Shown here in pieces: positions 1-13,015 of a stretch of DNA of 64,000 bases (positions within the stretch are counted from its first letter, which is position 1; the number at the start of each line of letters is the position of its first letter). The translations under genes were made by a program, and so were the position numbers. Source of the stretch: Lama glama (lineage: Eukaryota); the NCBI GenBank assembly GCA_028534125.1, contig CM052816.1, forward strand, positions 9,116,001 through 9,180,000, written 5' to 3'. The notes below the pieces were generated by a model. That model had not been told where the DNA came from and did not search any database. It saw only the letters and a program-made list of their open reading frames with translations.

Positions 1-799
1 CCTACTTTTAAAACATGAACTGATTAGTTTAGCATGGTTCGTGGAAGAATGATGAGCTGAGAGTCCTGAGGTCTGAGTTCTCATATAGGCTTTGCCACAA
101 AACTGTCTGTAAGTGTTGAACACATGACTCAGTCTTTATGGGCCTCAGTTTCTTTATCTTTAACATGGGCTGGGGAGTGGACCCATTACTATAAAGACAC
201 TTTGACTGCTAACCTTTCAGGGTGAGGCGTCAGTTGCCTGCCCTTGACCTAAGGTTGGCTGTGGGAGCCAAGAAACAGGAAACTGATGTTTTAGAAAGAG
301 AAGTCGGCAGCCCCTGGTGAGGTCAAAGCCGGCAGTGTGATGACCTCTGCCCTGGTCAGCAGCCCCACCTCCTCCCCAGAGCTGCTGGGCCAGTTCCTCG
401 GCTGACCCTTGGCAAGAGGAAAGTGTGGGTAACTCCTCACCCCTGGCGCAGTGACCTGTCTGCACCTCCAAGGGCGCCCAACTATACCACACAGACACGG
501 CTGGGCCCCCCGGCAGAGTGGTGTGGACCAGGGCCCTGCAGTCCCTTCCCGGGCTCCAGTCCTGACTCTGCTGTGTCCTGTCAGCCGGGTGAGCTGGGGC
601 GAGTCACCAGACTCTTGGTGTCCTGATCTTTAAGTAGGGGGTGAAGATTAGATGTGGAATTTTCACATAAGCATGTAATAAGAGCTCCGTCAGCATTTCT
701 TCTTCTTCTTCTTAATGTCCACAACTAACACAGTGCTTAAAGTAGGCAACCAGTAATGTTCACTGAATAAATAGGTCACTGATGACTGAACCAGAAACT

Positions 800-1530
800 C
801 ACAGGCCTCCATCTCTGCTCTCTCCATCACCCGTCCTCGGGCTCATCTGAACCGAAGTACTGTTTCCTGAACTTGTCCCCACTGTCAATCCTAGCACCTT
901 TGCTATGGCTTTTTTCTTCCCACCTACGTGTGCCTGTCAAAATTTCATCCTTCAAGGGCCACAGTCACACGCCACCTCCTCCATGCAGCTTTCTTTGCTT
1001 TTCCCGTTGGTACATGCTAACTTCCTCCTCATATCTCCAGTATGTGTCTATATCCCCATGAGCCCCAAGTCTAAGTTTCCAGTAGAGGCCTTTCCCTTGA
1101 ACTCTAGACTTGGGTATCCTACAGCCTGTTCCACGTCCTCCAGTGGATGGAGAATAGACTTCTCATACTCAACACGTCAACCCAACCAATCAGCCAAGCT
1201 TGCCCCAACCCCCGGATGTCTCCTCTCCAGTCATGGCTACCATGCTCCTTGCAGGTGCTCAGGCCCAAACATGGGGAACCCCCCTCACTCCTCCTTCTCT
1301 CACACCCTGTGTTTCATCTGCAGACAGTTCTGCCTCCACCTCAAAGTAAGTCAGAATCTCGCCACATCTCACTGCCTCCGCTGCCCCCACCCTGGCCCAA
1401 GACACACTTCCTCTTACTTGGATTACTGCAGTCGCCTCCTGCTCCTACAATTCTTTCAGATCATAAATCACATCATCATTCTTCTGCTCAAACCGCTGCA
1501 GTGGCTGCCATTTCACTCAGCGTGACAGCC
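800..1530. mobile_element. L2 LINE fragment
   Basis: Pyrimidine-rich L2 3' region motifs (ctggattactgcagtcgcctcct, cttctgctcaaa..cagtggct..ccatt). Confidence 0.6.
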
Positions 1531-1589
1531 ACGCCCCCACACTGGTCTAGCAAGCTCGGCATCCTTGGGACGCTGATCCCTCTCCCCCC

Positions 1590-2060
1590 GCACTGGACGG
1601 TCTTTAGTTATCCTTTGGACCCCTCTTCACCTTTCTCTCCCTTGTTCTGCTGGATGCTGGCCTTCACAGGCGTCCTCAGCTCAGCTCTCTCATCCTTTGG
1701 CTTCCAGTTGTGCTCAGTCAATGGAAGACAGGAGGTGAGAGGATGGAGCATTTATTCCTCTGGCCCCTGTGCATACATGGCCTTGGCCAGCCTGTGGCTG
1801 TGTTCCTCTATTAATGATACAGCTCCTGTTGTCAGCTCTGGCCTGCAGCCATTTCTTGCTACGTTCTGACAGCCACTCTCTCCTCTTGTCCCTTCAGCCT
1901 TAGGGATGCTAACGACTTTTTAGTCTTCCCAGCCCTAGGGTGCCTCACCATCCTTGCTGGTTCACTTTAACCCTGCCCACATTTTGGTGAACAGTTCTTT
2001 CTTTAAACTCTTTTAATTACTCCTTTGAGGGTGCCCTCTGCTTCCTGCCCTATTCTTACT
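1590..2060. mobile_element. ERVL LTR (LTR33-like) relic inside L2
   Basis: ggaggtgagagg..catttattcc, ttctttaaactct, tttgagggtgccctctgcttcctg motifs. Confidence 0.5.
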
Positions 2061-2089
2061 CTGCTCAAGTTATACCCTCTCCTGCTCCT

Positions 2090-2490
2090 TTTCTAGCTGC
2101 GCACACTTCTGCCTCAGGGCCTTTGCACTGGCACTTCCCTTTTCCTGGCAGGGGCTCCTGCAGGATGCCGATGATCCCCCTGCCCTCTCCTCATGTCACT
2201 CATTTGTCACCTTCTCAGTGACAATTTCTCTCTCCACCCTTTTGAAAACTGCAGCCCCTCTACTCTGGCAGTTCCATTCTTTTTTTTGCATAACACTTTC
2301 TGCTATCTAACACACTGCATAAGGTACTTATATATTCTGTTTCTTGTCTTTCTTCCCTCACTAGAATGTAAGCTACACAAGGGAGAGTCTTTTGTCTGTT
2401 GTGTTCACTGCTGTATCCTTACAACTTAGATCAATGCCTGGATGTTGCAGATGCTCTGTAAATATTTGTTCACGGAATAATGCGATTGAA
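2090..2490. mobile_element. L2 3' end
   Basis: cctcagggcctttgcact..ctagaatgtaagct..gttcactgctgtatcc..aaatatttgtt. Confidence 0.65.
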
Positions 2491-4765
2491 TAAGGGACCT
2501 GTTGTTCTGATCTCTCATATGGTCTGCATTTGTTTTCTAGGTCTGCCCTCACAAGTCAGTCATGTGACTGCTCTATTTAGTGTCTTCCATTGACTCCTCT
2601 CTCACTTGGACTAAAAGCTGAAGTCTTAAATGGCCTTCAAGGTCCTACACAATCTGGCCTCCTGCTGTTTTCTCCGACCTCACATCTATATCCTGCCCTG
2701 ACTCACTAGATTCCAACTATACATGCTTTTCTTTTAAAACATGCCAGGTAAGTTCCAGCCCCAGGGCCTTTGCACTTGCTGTTCTCTCTGTTTGGAAAGC
2801 TCTTTGTTCTTGCTAATTCATCTGAGCTACCCATAAGCAGAGAAGCACTGGTTTCTTGCATCCCAAGAAAAGCACTGACTTTATTGAGAATGAACCATTT
2901 ATTTCAGATTTGCCAAAATGTATGTCTCAACCAACTGCCTTGGGGTGTCCTCTCTGACAGATGGCCTAGGGATCCTTCCACTGGTTGGTCTTGATCATTT
3001 ACAATTTCTGACCTCTGCTGATGTGCCTGTCTAGGAATGGTGCGCAGGCAAGTCAAGGAGAAATGTTAAGTCTGAGCATTTGTCATCATGTGCAAGTTAG
3101 ACCTTGGTTTCTCTTCACTGATTCTCACATACCTCCCAAAGTTTTGAGTGGCTGCTTTCTAAAGAAACCCTTACCCTTTAATGTTAGGCCCAAGAAAACA
3201 TTCTAATTCATACTTAAAACACTGCTTTGGTGAGGGAAAAGACATGAGATATGTTATGGAAGTGGATACTCTAAGCAGATCTATGCAGAAAAATATCCTC
3301 CACGGTGGCTTTGTGATCAGAGAGATGCTCTGCCCTGCACTCTCTTTCCCCACACCAGACCCCTATCGCAGACCCTCCAGAAGCGGTCAGCTAGCTCCAG
3401 AAGCCTCAGTATCAGATCACCGAATCCTTCCTCATTGTAGGCATAGAGAGAGCCTGAATATCATGAAAGTGAAGTTCTTGGGCTGTGGAATCAACTAGAC
3501 CTGCTCAAGCCTTAAATCTGACATTCATAAATGGTGGGGCCTTGGGCAAGTTATACACCCCTCTGCGGTAGTTTCCTCACTTACAAAATAGAGATGACAA
3601 TGCTGGTATGATGAGGCTGTTACGAGATTTAAACGAAGTAATGTATGATGAATGCCGGCGCCACAGGGAACATCCAGCCACTGGGAGTCAAGATGAGTCA
3701 GCATGGAGACTGAAGCCAGACTTCAGAGACATGGCTGAGACCCTGTCACCTGGGGCTGAGCTGATGCGTGCATCGGATGCCCCAGATCACTCCAGTGAGA
3801 CGGACCCCTAGGTTGTCCTTCACATTGTCACCCCAGTGCTCCTCCCAGAATATGAACTTGACCAGGCCACCTCTCTCCTTACAGTGCTTGTGAGACTGAC
3901 CTCAAGTCTAGCCTCCAAGCAGCCTGCAAGGCAGGCCGCCTGGACCCTGCCTTCCCTCGACCCACAGCTCCTCACTCTTTAGACCACTCGTCACTGACCT
4001 TGGCTCCTGGCATTAGGGAAACAGTAAGTAATTAGTGATCCTTGAGCTTGGTTATTGGATCAGTCTGGCCTCTGTCTAACCTCGTTGGCATTCAATAGTA
4101 TTTTCTCCGTCTCTTTTAGGAGATGTCATGGGTGATTTTATGAAATTCAGCCATACTGTGTCAACTGCATACCCCTTCCCTGCTCCTTATCCAAAATGGT
4201 AAAGAGTTTGGTCTGGTGGGGCCCATTTTTTGTGCATACTTGTATCCTTCACATACTTGGTCCCCCATCCTCTCACCTGTAAGATGCTGGGCTACATCAG
4301 GTGATTTCTGGGATTCCTTCTGACCAAGACTTTGGGAGCCAGGACTGGGGATTGGCTCGCTGATGCTGCTGGGGGTGAGGTGAGACGCTGCGCCCACAGC
4401 TCCAGCTTCACCCAGACAACCAAGGGAGGTGTTTGCAGAGAGAGGCTGGGTGGGGAGCCCTTTCCCAGTGGCAGGCAGGTCAGTGTGGGCCAGGCCAGTC
4501 AGGGAGGGAGCAAGAACAGCAGTTTGATTCCTGGGATGCTCTCTGCCCTCCTCCCCCACCCTGACCACCCCGACAAGAACCATACTGTGTGTCTCAATCC
4601 TAGAATGTGTGGAATGTGCCACAGCCTGATAGGCATGAAGTGATCTGCAGAGAGGCAGGGAGGAGCTCTGCTCCCTAGTCAGAGGCCTGACAGTGCAAGG
4701 ACTATGGGTCCTGAGGGCTGGGCTGCCCCTCCCATCCTCCCTGGGCCTCCTGCTGCAGCCAGGAT

Positions 4766-4783
4766 ATCAAAGGCTGCATTGTG
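4766..4783 (+). promoter_or_regulatory. Dimeric SOXE (SOX10) binding site in the SH3TC2 proximal promoter
   Basis: ATCAAAG-gctg-CATTGTG: two inverted SOX heptamers with a 4-nt spacer, ~140 nt upstream of the ATG. SH3TC2 is a known SOX10-regulated Schwann-cell gene. Confidence 0.7.
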
Positions 4784-4814
4784 CACTGAGCAGGACTTGG
4801 TCCCTCGTGTGCCA

Positions 4815-4834
4815 GGGAGGAGGCGGGAGGAGGG
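4815..4834 (+). promoter_or_regulatory. GC/GA box (Sp/KLF/EGR-like) in the proximal promoter
   Basis: gggaggaggcgggaggaggg, between the SOX site and exon 1. Confidence 0.4.
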
Positions 4835-4915
4835 ACACCACTGGGAGGCTGTTCCCTCCCATGCTCCTCTGGCTGGTGTTCCCAGGGGCCTCGGTCCAGG
4901 GAGGATGGTGCACAC

Positions 4916-4967
4916 ATGGGTGGCTGCTTCTGCATCTCGGGGGAGCCAAGTCTGTCCTGGGGCCCAG
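4916..4967 (+). CDS. SH3TC2: SH3TC2 exon 1 coding part (MGGCFCISGEPSLSWGP-G), with the N-myristoylation/palmitoylation motif
   Basis: ATG at 4916, 52 nt, donor CAG|gtgagt. MGGCFC is the known SH3TC2 N-terminus. Confidence 0.95.
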
Positions 4968-5505
4968 GTGAGTTTCCTGGGGGGCTCTGGCCTGTGGCTT
5001 GGCCGAGGTGGTGGGTCCAGTGAAGGCTCAGAGAACTGCTGGGTTGGGGGAACTGCTCTTCCAAAGGCAGGAGATGGTTGTGCTTTCTGGCTCCTTCTCC
5101 TCCCTCTCTCCCTTAGTGTTTGTCATTCGGGGCTTGTGAAAAGGGAGTGAGGCCTGGGGAGCATCTACCTCTCCTGAAGAAAGAGGCTTTGAGCTCACTC
5201 TGCAAGGAGGGCAGAGAGCTGCTCTTGGCTGACATTCCCAGGGCATGACGAAGCCTTTCCTTCCTTTCCTCCCAAGATTCCCTAGGTCAGGAAGAAAGCT
5301 CAGGCAGTGAGTTCCTCTGGGACCCAGGGGTGGTCTTAAACGTGGCCTCAGTCATCCAACCCTATTTTCATCAGGGTTGATGTTACTGGAGAAAAACAGG
5401 CAGTCTCGTGCCTCCTACCTCTTACAGTGTGATTTTTTTTTTCGGTGTGTCAAATTGAGGCCATTAGAGGTATTGCTCTAAGAAATTGCATTCTGAGACT
5501 TGCCA

Positions 5506-5613
5506 TAAGGTGACCAACTGTCACAGTTTGCCTGGAACCGAGGGCTTCCCCAGGATGTAGTCAGTGCTAAAACCGAGACAATCTCAGGCAAACTGGGGAG
5601 GTTGATCACCCTA
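5506..5613. mobile_element. MER96-like hAT-Tip100 miniature inverted-repeat element
   Basis: Terminal inverted repeats taaggtgaccaac..cagtttgcctg / caggcaaactg..gttgatcacccta. Confidence 0.65.
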
Positions 5614-6703
5614 ATGCAAGCTCCTTGCCTCTTTCCAGAGCAGGATCAAGGTCTCATGTATGGCATTCATCAGGATGAGTGGTGGCTTTGGGAGAGAAGT
5701 GTGGATTGGAGGAGGACTTGCTTGGGAGACAGAAGAACATTACATCAAGAAATCCTTTCTAACCTTTATTAGGATTCCACGTTTTCCTGCCTTGTTTCCT
5801 TGGTGGAGGAGCCCAGGAGAACCCACAGCCAAGGCTTTGGTCTGATAGATTACTCCCCCCTGTAGTCTTAGGACCTGGCTTCGACACTGTGGAAGGTACT
5901 AGAGCTTCTGGAAGTGAACCTGAAGCAGCTATGTTCTGCTTCCTCTGCCTGAAGTCCCAGCCTAGGCACCTTGGCACCTCCAGCAGGGAGAGGCTCCCAG
6001 ACTACAACTATAAGCAAACAAACCCCCAAATAATGTCCTTGGCACAAAAGGGATGACCTTCAGCTAGGAAACATTCTGTTTCTCCAGATTTTGAAGATGT
6101 ATACACTTTTCAGACCCTCCCCCTTGACCCTGTTGTCACTGCACCCCATGGGAGCAGACATTGCATGGGGGCTGGGGGGACATGAAGGATGACTGCCTAT
6201 AAGTCAGGGACCTGGGTTCTAGACCGGACTCAGTCTACCTCCTCTTAGGCAGGTATCATTTTGGTTAGCCACCTGGCCTTTGAGGCCAGAACATCTGGAC
6301 TTGATTGATCTTGGTTCTTTTGACTTGCCTTGAGCAATTTTATTTAACCTCTCTGTGTTTCAGCTTCCTCATCTGTAGATTTTATGATATAATTATACCT
6401 TCCTCATAGGGCTGTGGGGATTAAGCCTACATGTGAAATACTTAAAACAACCTGGCACGTAATTAATTAAGCACAATGAATAAAACAAGCCATATTAATC
6501 ACATCTTTATGACCCTAGCATATCTTACTCCCTCTGGGCCTCCCTCTGCTCACCTATAAAATGAGGGGTTTCTAAACTTGGCCAGTGTCTTGGGGAGAAC
6601 TGCCTCTGCTCCCTGACCCCTACCTTCAGCCAGAACAGCTGTGCTTCTGTTTGACATCCTGTTTTCAGCCCAAGATTTCATCTAAAAGAATTCTGTAGTT
6701 CAT

Positions 6704-6745
6704 AACCAACCAACCAACCAACCAACCAACCAACCAACCAACCAA
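6704..6745. repeat. (AACC)10 microsatellite
   Basis: Read directly from the sequence. Confidence 0.95.
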
Positions 6746-9309
6746 ACGGCTAACCAACTCTGAAGAAAGCATTCTCAAAGTCCTTATGACACTATCTGCC
6801 AATTATTTTGTTGTTTCACTAGACTCCTGCCATTGAATTGTTTGGCATCCTGTATTCATTTTTTTCACCAAGAGTCAGCCTGATACTCATTTCTGTTGAG
6901 GTTTTTCATGCTGTCTCCCAACTGTTTTCCCTACTTGTCAGGGCGTTTCCCTAGGAAGGGTGATATGGGTATTGTAGGTCTGAGGCCAGTTGTTATAAAC
7001 ATCCCCTTCTAGGTTCTCCTATGTATCCTAGAGAAATGGAACAAAGTATAAGACACATCCTGGAGTCACCTAATGATTGCGTGACTTTAGGCAAGTCTCT
7101 TTTATTCTTCGAACCTCAGTTTTCCAGTCTGGAAACTGGACCTAATGGTGATCCATGTGAGCCAGTATCTATCACATGGACCTTTTGTGAAGACGAAATC
7201 AGATCATTCATCTCTTGGATTTAGCAGTGCCTCTAGCTTTGGACAGTCCCTCAGTAATTGTGGGCTGTTTTATTGTTAGCTAATAGGGACCACCCCACAT
7301 CCCTTCTTTCTAAATCCCGACTCCACCAGAGTAGGAGTCTGTACCCATTTCTTAGGCTGCTTCTGCCATTGTGTCTGTTTCAGTAGGAGTCAACAGTGAG
7401 GACCAACAGTCCTCAGGGGTTAGGGAGGCAGGGAAGGAGAAGGCTCTTGACCACACTGAGCCCTGGACCGCTGCCCAGCTGGTTGACCATACTGTGTCAC
7501 AACGACAAACGTTGTCCCTGATGCCCTCTTGGTGTGCTGCGTTTGCATACATAGACTCTGCCTGCAGCATCTGTTTCCGTGACGTTTCTCACTTGCTCAC
7601 ATAAACCTTCCTATTGCCCGTGGGTAGGGGTGGGTTTCAGGTAACTGCCCTCATCTCTGACTTCTGGGCGCCTGGAGATTCTTGCCACTGTTAAACTACA
7701 GATGTTCCTTTAGGATCATAGAGCAAGTCATGCCAAGATTTGTTGGTCTAGAAGCTTCTAGCATTGCCCCCTTATCTTTTAAAACTATCTTGAAGAAACC
7801 TGGCAGACCTACATCCTTAAACAGAGGACGTAGGAGCGATACACTTAGCTACATTGATCCCTGGTGTTTGTAACTTTCAACATTTTTGGTAAATATGAAC
7901 CATCAGCATAATTATAGGAGATGGGGGTGGGTAATGAATGCTGACACAAGTAAACAATGCTTCACATTTGAACTTTTAAAAACATGTGAGGCATTTTGAA
8001 CATACTGATAATAGAGAATATTAGAATATGCAAAATTCTACTTTATGTCATATTATCTTCAGAATTTCTTTATTCCTTTCTTTTACTTTTTGGAAAAATA
8101 AAACATTACAGATACATTTAGGGTCCCCTGGTAATTTTTCCCAGTCTCATTCCATTCTCTCCCTCTTCCAAATTAATCACATTCATGGTGGTTTTGTGCT
8201 TTGATTATATGTCTGTGTGCTTATAATCATTGCAAAGAATTTATCTTGATGATTTTTAAACTTAAAATGATGTCATTATGCAAGTTGTTTTTTCTTTGGT
8301 TCATCATTATGGTCTAAGATATATTCACGTAGCTATAGCTGTAGTTCTAATTTGGCATCTGTCTCAACAAAGACAATATGGGTTTACAATATAAAAACTG
8401 CCGGTGGTATACTTGTCTGGTCAAAGAAGAAAACTGCGGGTGGAGGAAAAAAAAACATGCAGGGAAATGTTTATTGGTTAGTTTTCTTCTCAAAGATGGG
8501 AGTGGTGGTGGATGGGAAGGATCAAAGAGAGACTGAGAGAGGAGAAATGGGGGTGAATCCTCATTTCCAGCAAGTTTCTGTGAGTGAAATATTTCCCAGT
8601 TGGAGACCTAGACCTCAGAGTTCTGAGGTTAGGTTTCTGAAGTGGAAACAACAAGGTCTGCATCCAGTGATTTGGATGGCCTCTGACTCTGTTGCTAAAT
8701 TGCTGTTTGACCCTGGTAAAATCACCACTCCTCTCTGGGCCTTAGTTTCTCAACAGTAAAATTAAGAGTGGAACTCAATGACCTTCTTATTCCCTTCTAA
8801 TATTCATTTTCTATAATGATTTGCTCTCCTCATTTTTAACTCTCATATTCAATATGCCAAAAGATCTTCCCTTTTCTTACGTTAAAATACAGTGTCATTC
8901 ACTTTATTCCCTGACTTCACATTTGTCAAGATCACAGTCCACATTCTCACACTCATACCCCTTGACTGCCATTTAGTTTTCCACCTGGCCTCCTTGCCTC
9001 TCCTCCTTGCCTCTCCCTGTGCTTCCTGTGCTACCTGAGGTAGAATTTCCACTTTTGTTTTGCCACTCTCATGCTCAGGAGTGTTTCATGGCTCCCTATT
9101 CCTTGCTATATCCATTCTAAATTCCTCCACCTTCCTTAAAATGCTCTCCCTATCCTGATTCTACTACATTTAACAATTTTAGCTCCATGATCACCCACCT
9201 CTCCGGTGTGTCCTCTGCCAGCTCATGTGCATGCAGAATTCACTCACCACTATCCTGCTGATCTCTTTATCAGTAATCCTGCTTTTCCACCACCCATATA
9301 AATCTACCA

Positions 9310-9715
9310 ACAAAATAAAAAGGAAGCCACAGATGGGGGGTAATATCTGTAAACCATATATCTGATACTTGTATCAAGAACACACAAAAAATCTTATAAC
9401 TCAGTAATGAGAAGGTAAACAACCCAATTAAAAAATACAGACACTTTCAGTCAGAAAATATAGGGATGGAAAATAAGCAAATGAAGGAAGTCTCAACACC
9501 ACTAGTTACCAGGGAAATGTAAATTGAAACAATGAGCTAAAACTGTGTGCCTACTAGAATGGCTACAATGAAAAAGAATGATACTATCAAGTGTTGATGA
9601 GGATGTGAAACAAGTAGAACTTCCACACACTACTGATAGGAATGCAAAATGGTACAGTCACTTTGGAAAGCAGTTTGGCAGTTCTTAAATAAATTAAAAA
9701 ACATTCTAATTGAAT
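9310..9715 (+). mobile_element. Old L1 (L1ME-like) ORF2 3' fragment
   Basis: aacaacccaattaaaa, agggaaatgtaaattgaaac, aatgcaaaatggtacagtcactttggaaagcagtttggcagtt. Confidence 0.7.
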
Positions 9716-9801
9716 GTAGTAACTTTCTCTGATCAATAATAACAATAAAACTGAAACTAGCTTCCAGAAGGTAATTTATTTTTATTCTATATGATAGCTT
9801 T

Positions 9802-11070
9802 TTCCCTCCAGTTTTATTGAGATATAACTGATATTTAGCACTGTAAAATTTTAAGGTGTATAGCATAAAGGCTTGACTTCCATACATCATGAAGTGATTA
9901 TCACAATAGGTTTAGTGAACATCCATCATTTTCTACAGACACAAAGTTAAAGAAAAGGAAAAAAATTTTTTCCCTTGTGATTTGGGTCCTCTCTCTTTTT
10001 TTCTTGATGAGTCTGGCTAAAGGTTAATCATTTGTATTTATTTTTCCAAAGAACAAGCTCTTAGTTTCTATTGTTTGTTCCTCTTTTTCTAGTTCCTTTA
10101 GCTGTAAGTTTAGTTGTTTATTTGTGATTTTTCCTGTTTTTCAGGTTAGGCTTGTACCATCATAAATCTGCCTCTTAGAACTACTTTTGCTGTATCCAGT
10201 AGATTTTGGATCATTGTGTTTTAGTTTTCATTTGTCTCCAGGTTTGTTTTTTTTTTAAGTTTCTTCTTTGATTTTTTTCAGTGATCCACTGGTTGTTTAG
10301 CAGCATATTGTTTAGCCTCCACATGTTTGTCCTCTTTGTAGTTTTTTCCCTTGTAGTTAATTTCTAATCTTACAGTTTGGTGTTCAGAAAAGATGCTTGA
10401 TATGATTTCAATTTTATTAAATTTCCTGAGACTTGTTTTGTGACCCAGCATGTGATTTACCCTAGAGAATGTTCCATGTGCACTTGAAAAGGATATGTAT
10501 GGAATAGATGGAATGTTCTATATATATTATGTTCATCTTGTCTAATGTGTCACTTAAGGCTAGTGTTTCCTTATTGATTTTCTGTCTAGATGATCTGTCC
10601 ATTGATATATTTGGTAGGTTCATTATGTTTCCTGACCTTGGAGTAGTGGTCTTTTGCAGGAGATGTTTTATGCATCCCAGCAGTGCACTCCCCTCTGGTC
10701 ACCAGAGCTATATTTTCTGGCCAAATATTCTGGAGGTTTGCCTTTCTGATCCAGGACCCTTGGGCTGGGGAGACAAAGGTGGGGCCTGGACCCCTCACTC
10801 CTGGGGGACAACCTCCACCATTGTAATTATCCTCCCATCTGCGGGTTGTCCACCTTGGAGTGTGGGACTTGACTATATTATGTCTCTGCTTCTTCTACTT
10901 GTCCACCCGTTTTGTTGCTGCTTCTTTATATCTGTAGTTATGGAAGATTTTTCTGCTAGTCTTCTGGTCTTCCTCATCAATAGTTGCTCTGTAAATAGCT
11001 GTAATTTCAGTGTGCCTGTGGGAGGAGGTGCGCTTAGGGTCTTCCTCCTCTACCATCTTGGCCACTCCCC
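9802..11070 (-). mobile_element. Internally deleted L1 (5'UTR start + ORF2 piece + 3'UTR end) with degenerate TSD
   Basis: The minus strand begins ggggagtggccaagatgg, contains ORF2-like MDRSSRQKINKETLAL..LARLIKKKRERTQI and ends ctcaataaaactggagggaaaaa. Flanks are tatatgatagcttt / tgtgtgatagtttc. Confidence 0.7.
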
Positions 11071-11519
11071 TGTGTGATAGTTTCTTGTTGGGATCTCTGG
11101 TTCTTTTTCAAAGCCCAGCTCAAGTCTTCAAATTCTTTCATGCTGAAATATAATTCCATGTGTAAAAGAGCTCTGTAAACTATAAATCCCTGCACAACTA
11201 TTAAGAGCTCACTGCTTTTCCAGATTTCCTTATTGTTTCCCAAGGAGCTGTCTTCTGGTTCATAGGTCCCAAAGCATTTGGTGCATTGGCTCGTTCTACT
11301 CCAGAGATTCATACTGTAGAGAACATAAGAAACCCCTAAGGTGCTAGTTAAGAACGCATGTCTCCTGATTCTGCCCCTAGATATTCTCAGGTAGAGTTAA
11401 GTGAGGAGGGTTTCAGAAATATTTTAAAATTCATCTTTTTTTGGGAGGGGAACCTATCATTCCTACAGAATTGTGTATGAAATTATATGTATATAGCCTG
11501 GTAAATTTTCACAAGGTTC

Positions 11520-12100
11520 CTATAGCTGTTAATTCATTTTTTCTCATTGGTATACTGTATTTAATCATACATATCATCATTTACTTACCTATTCTAGTGT
11601 TGACGAACATTTGAGTTGTTGCCAGGTTTGGGCTGTTATGAATTGCTACTGCTCTGAGTATTTTAGTAGATATGTTCTGGTGAACATATGTATGTATTAC
11701 TTGGGATAATAGTGGGTGGAACTGCTGAATCTTATACATGTGTATCTGTGCATATGTTTAGCTTGAGTTGATACTGTCAAACAGTTTTCCAAAGTGAAAA
11801 TTATCAAAATTTATTCTCACACTTGCAGTATTCAGGAGTTCTAGTTGCTGTGTATCCTTATAAACACTTGGCTTTACCTGTTTGTTTGTTTCATTTTTGC
11901 CAATCTGTGTAGTGATGTTCCATTGTAGTTTTTATTTTCATTTTCCTGATGAGCTTGAGAAAATTTTCATAAATTTATTGGCTGTTTGGATATTATCTTT
12001 GGTGAAATGCCTATTCAAGGCCTTTGCCCATTTTTCTAGTGGGTTACCTACCTATTTCCTAAATATTTTTAGCATTCTTTATATACTCAGGATTTGAATT
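11520..12100 (-). mobile_element. Old L1 (L1ME-like) fragment
   Basis: gttgacgaacatttgagttgttgccaggtttggg, aacagttttccaaagt, gtgaaatgcctattcaaggcctttgcccattttt. Confidence 0.7.
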
Positions 12101-12824
12101 CTTTGATGAACATACATATTGTCTACAGCTCCTTCTATGCCAATATACACATTACTTTTTTTGTGGGTAGTATTTTTCCATCTTGTTTAAGAAATCACTG
12201 GCTACCCCAAGTTATGCAGATACTCTTCTCTGTTTTGCTCCAAGTTTATTTGTTTGTTTTCTTTATCGGTATCTTTTTTTTTAAAAAGCACCTAAATAAT
12301 TCTAATGCAGACTATCCACAAATCACACTCTGAAAAACTCTGCAATTTTCCGCTCTAAACCTCACATGCCCTTTAAGAGCTGTGCATCCCGCCCTCTCCT
12401 CCAAACCAAGGTCACCATCTTGGACTTCCTTCTTCAAGGTGGGCTAATGCCAGAGGCCCTCATGGTCCTCAGGCCATTGTCTCTTTTCATGTATCCTTAC
12501 AACAGGGATAAACTCACAAAGCTTGCCAGGGCTGGGTGTAAATGAGTGAGCTGGCGGTTTGGGGACTGTGATGACCAGAGAACAAATGCCCCACAGAGAT
12601 GGCAGCAACCACCCAGTCCCAGATAACTGTTGCCAGATGAGCATGAAGGCCCCAGGCAATAGTTTTTCCAGTTTTCAAAGCCAAGGCAAGCATCTGGGTT
12701 ATGTAAAACACCCTGATTTCTAAATGATGTAGAGCAATTCAAACTTTAAAAATTAACTCTGTGGGGAAAAAAAGAAAAAAAAATGTTCGTGGGTTTTCTG
12801 TGGCCTGTGGCCTCTGGTATACCA

Positions 12825-13015
12825 GTTTTCAAACTTTGTCCTAGAGGAGGGAATCAGGCTGCCACTCCAAGTGTGACCCTGGGACCAGAGCATCTCCTGG
12901 GAGCACATCTGAAATCCAGAAACTCAGGCTTTTAACTGCTGAGGCACAATCTGCATTTTATCAATAATCCCAGGTGATTCATACACTCATTAAAGTCCGA
13001 AAACTTTATGTAGAC
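12825..13015. mobile_element. MER5A-like hAT element
   Basis: gggaccagagcatctcctgggag..gaaatccagaa..ctgcatttta..caggtgattc motifs. Confidence 0.55.

Noticed and set aside
905..1869. 206-aa and 240-aa ORFs upstream of SH3TC2
   Set aside because: They lie in decayed L2 and LTR sequence, with no recognisable domain or splice structure.
10508..11077. 189-aa ORF
   Set aside because: It is the antisense reading of the L1 5'UTR/ORF2 remnant.
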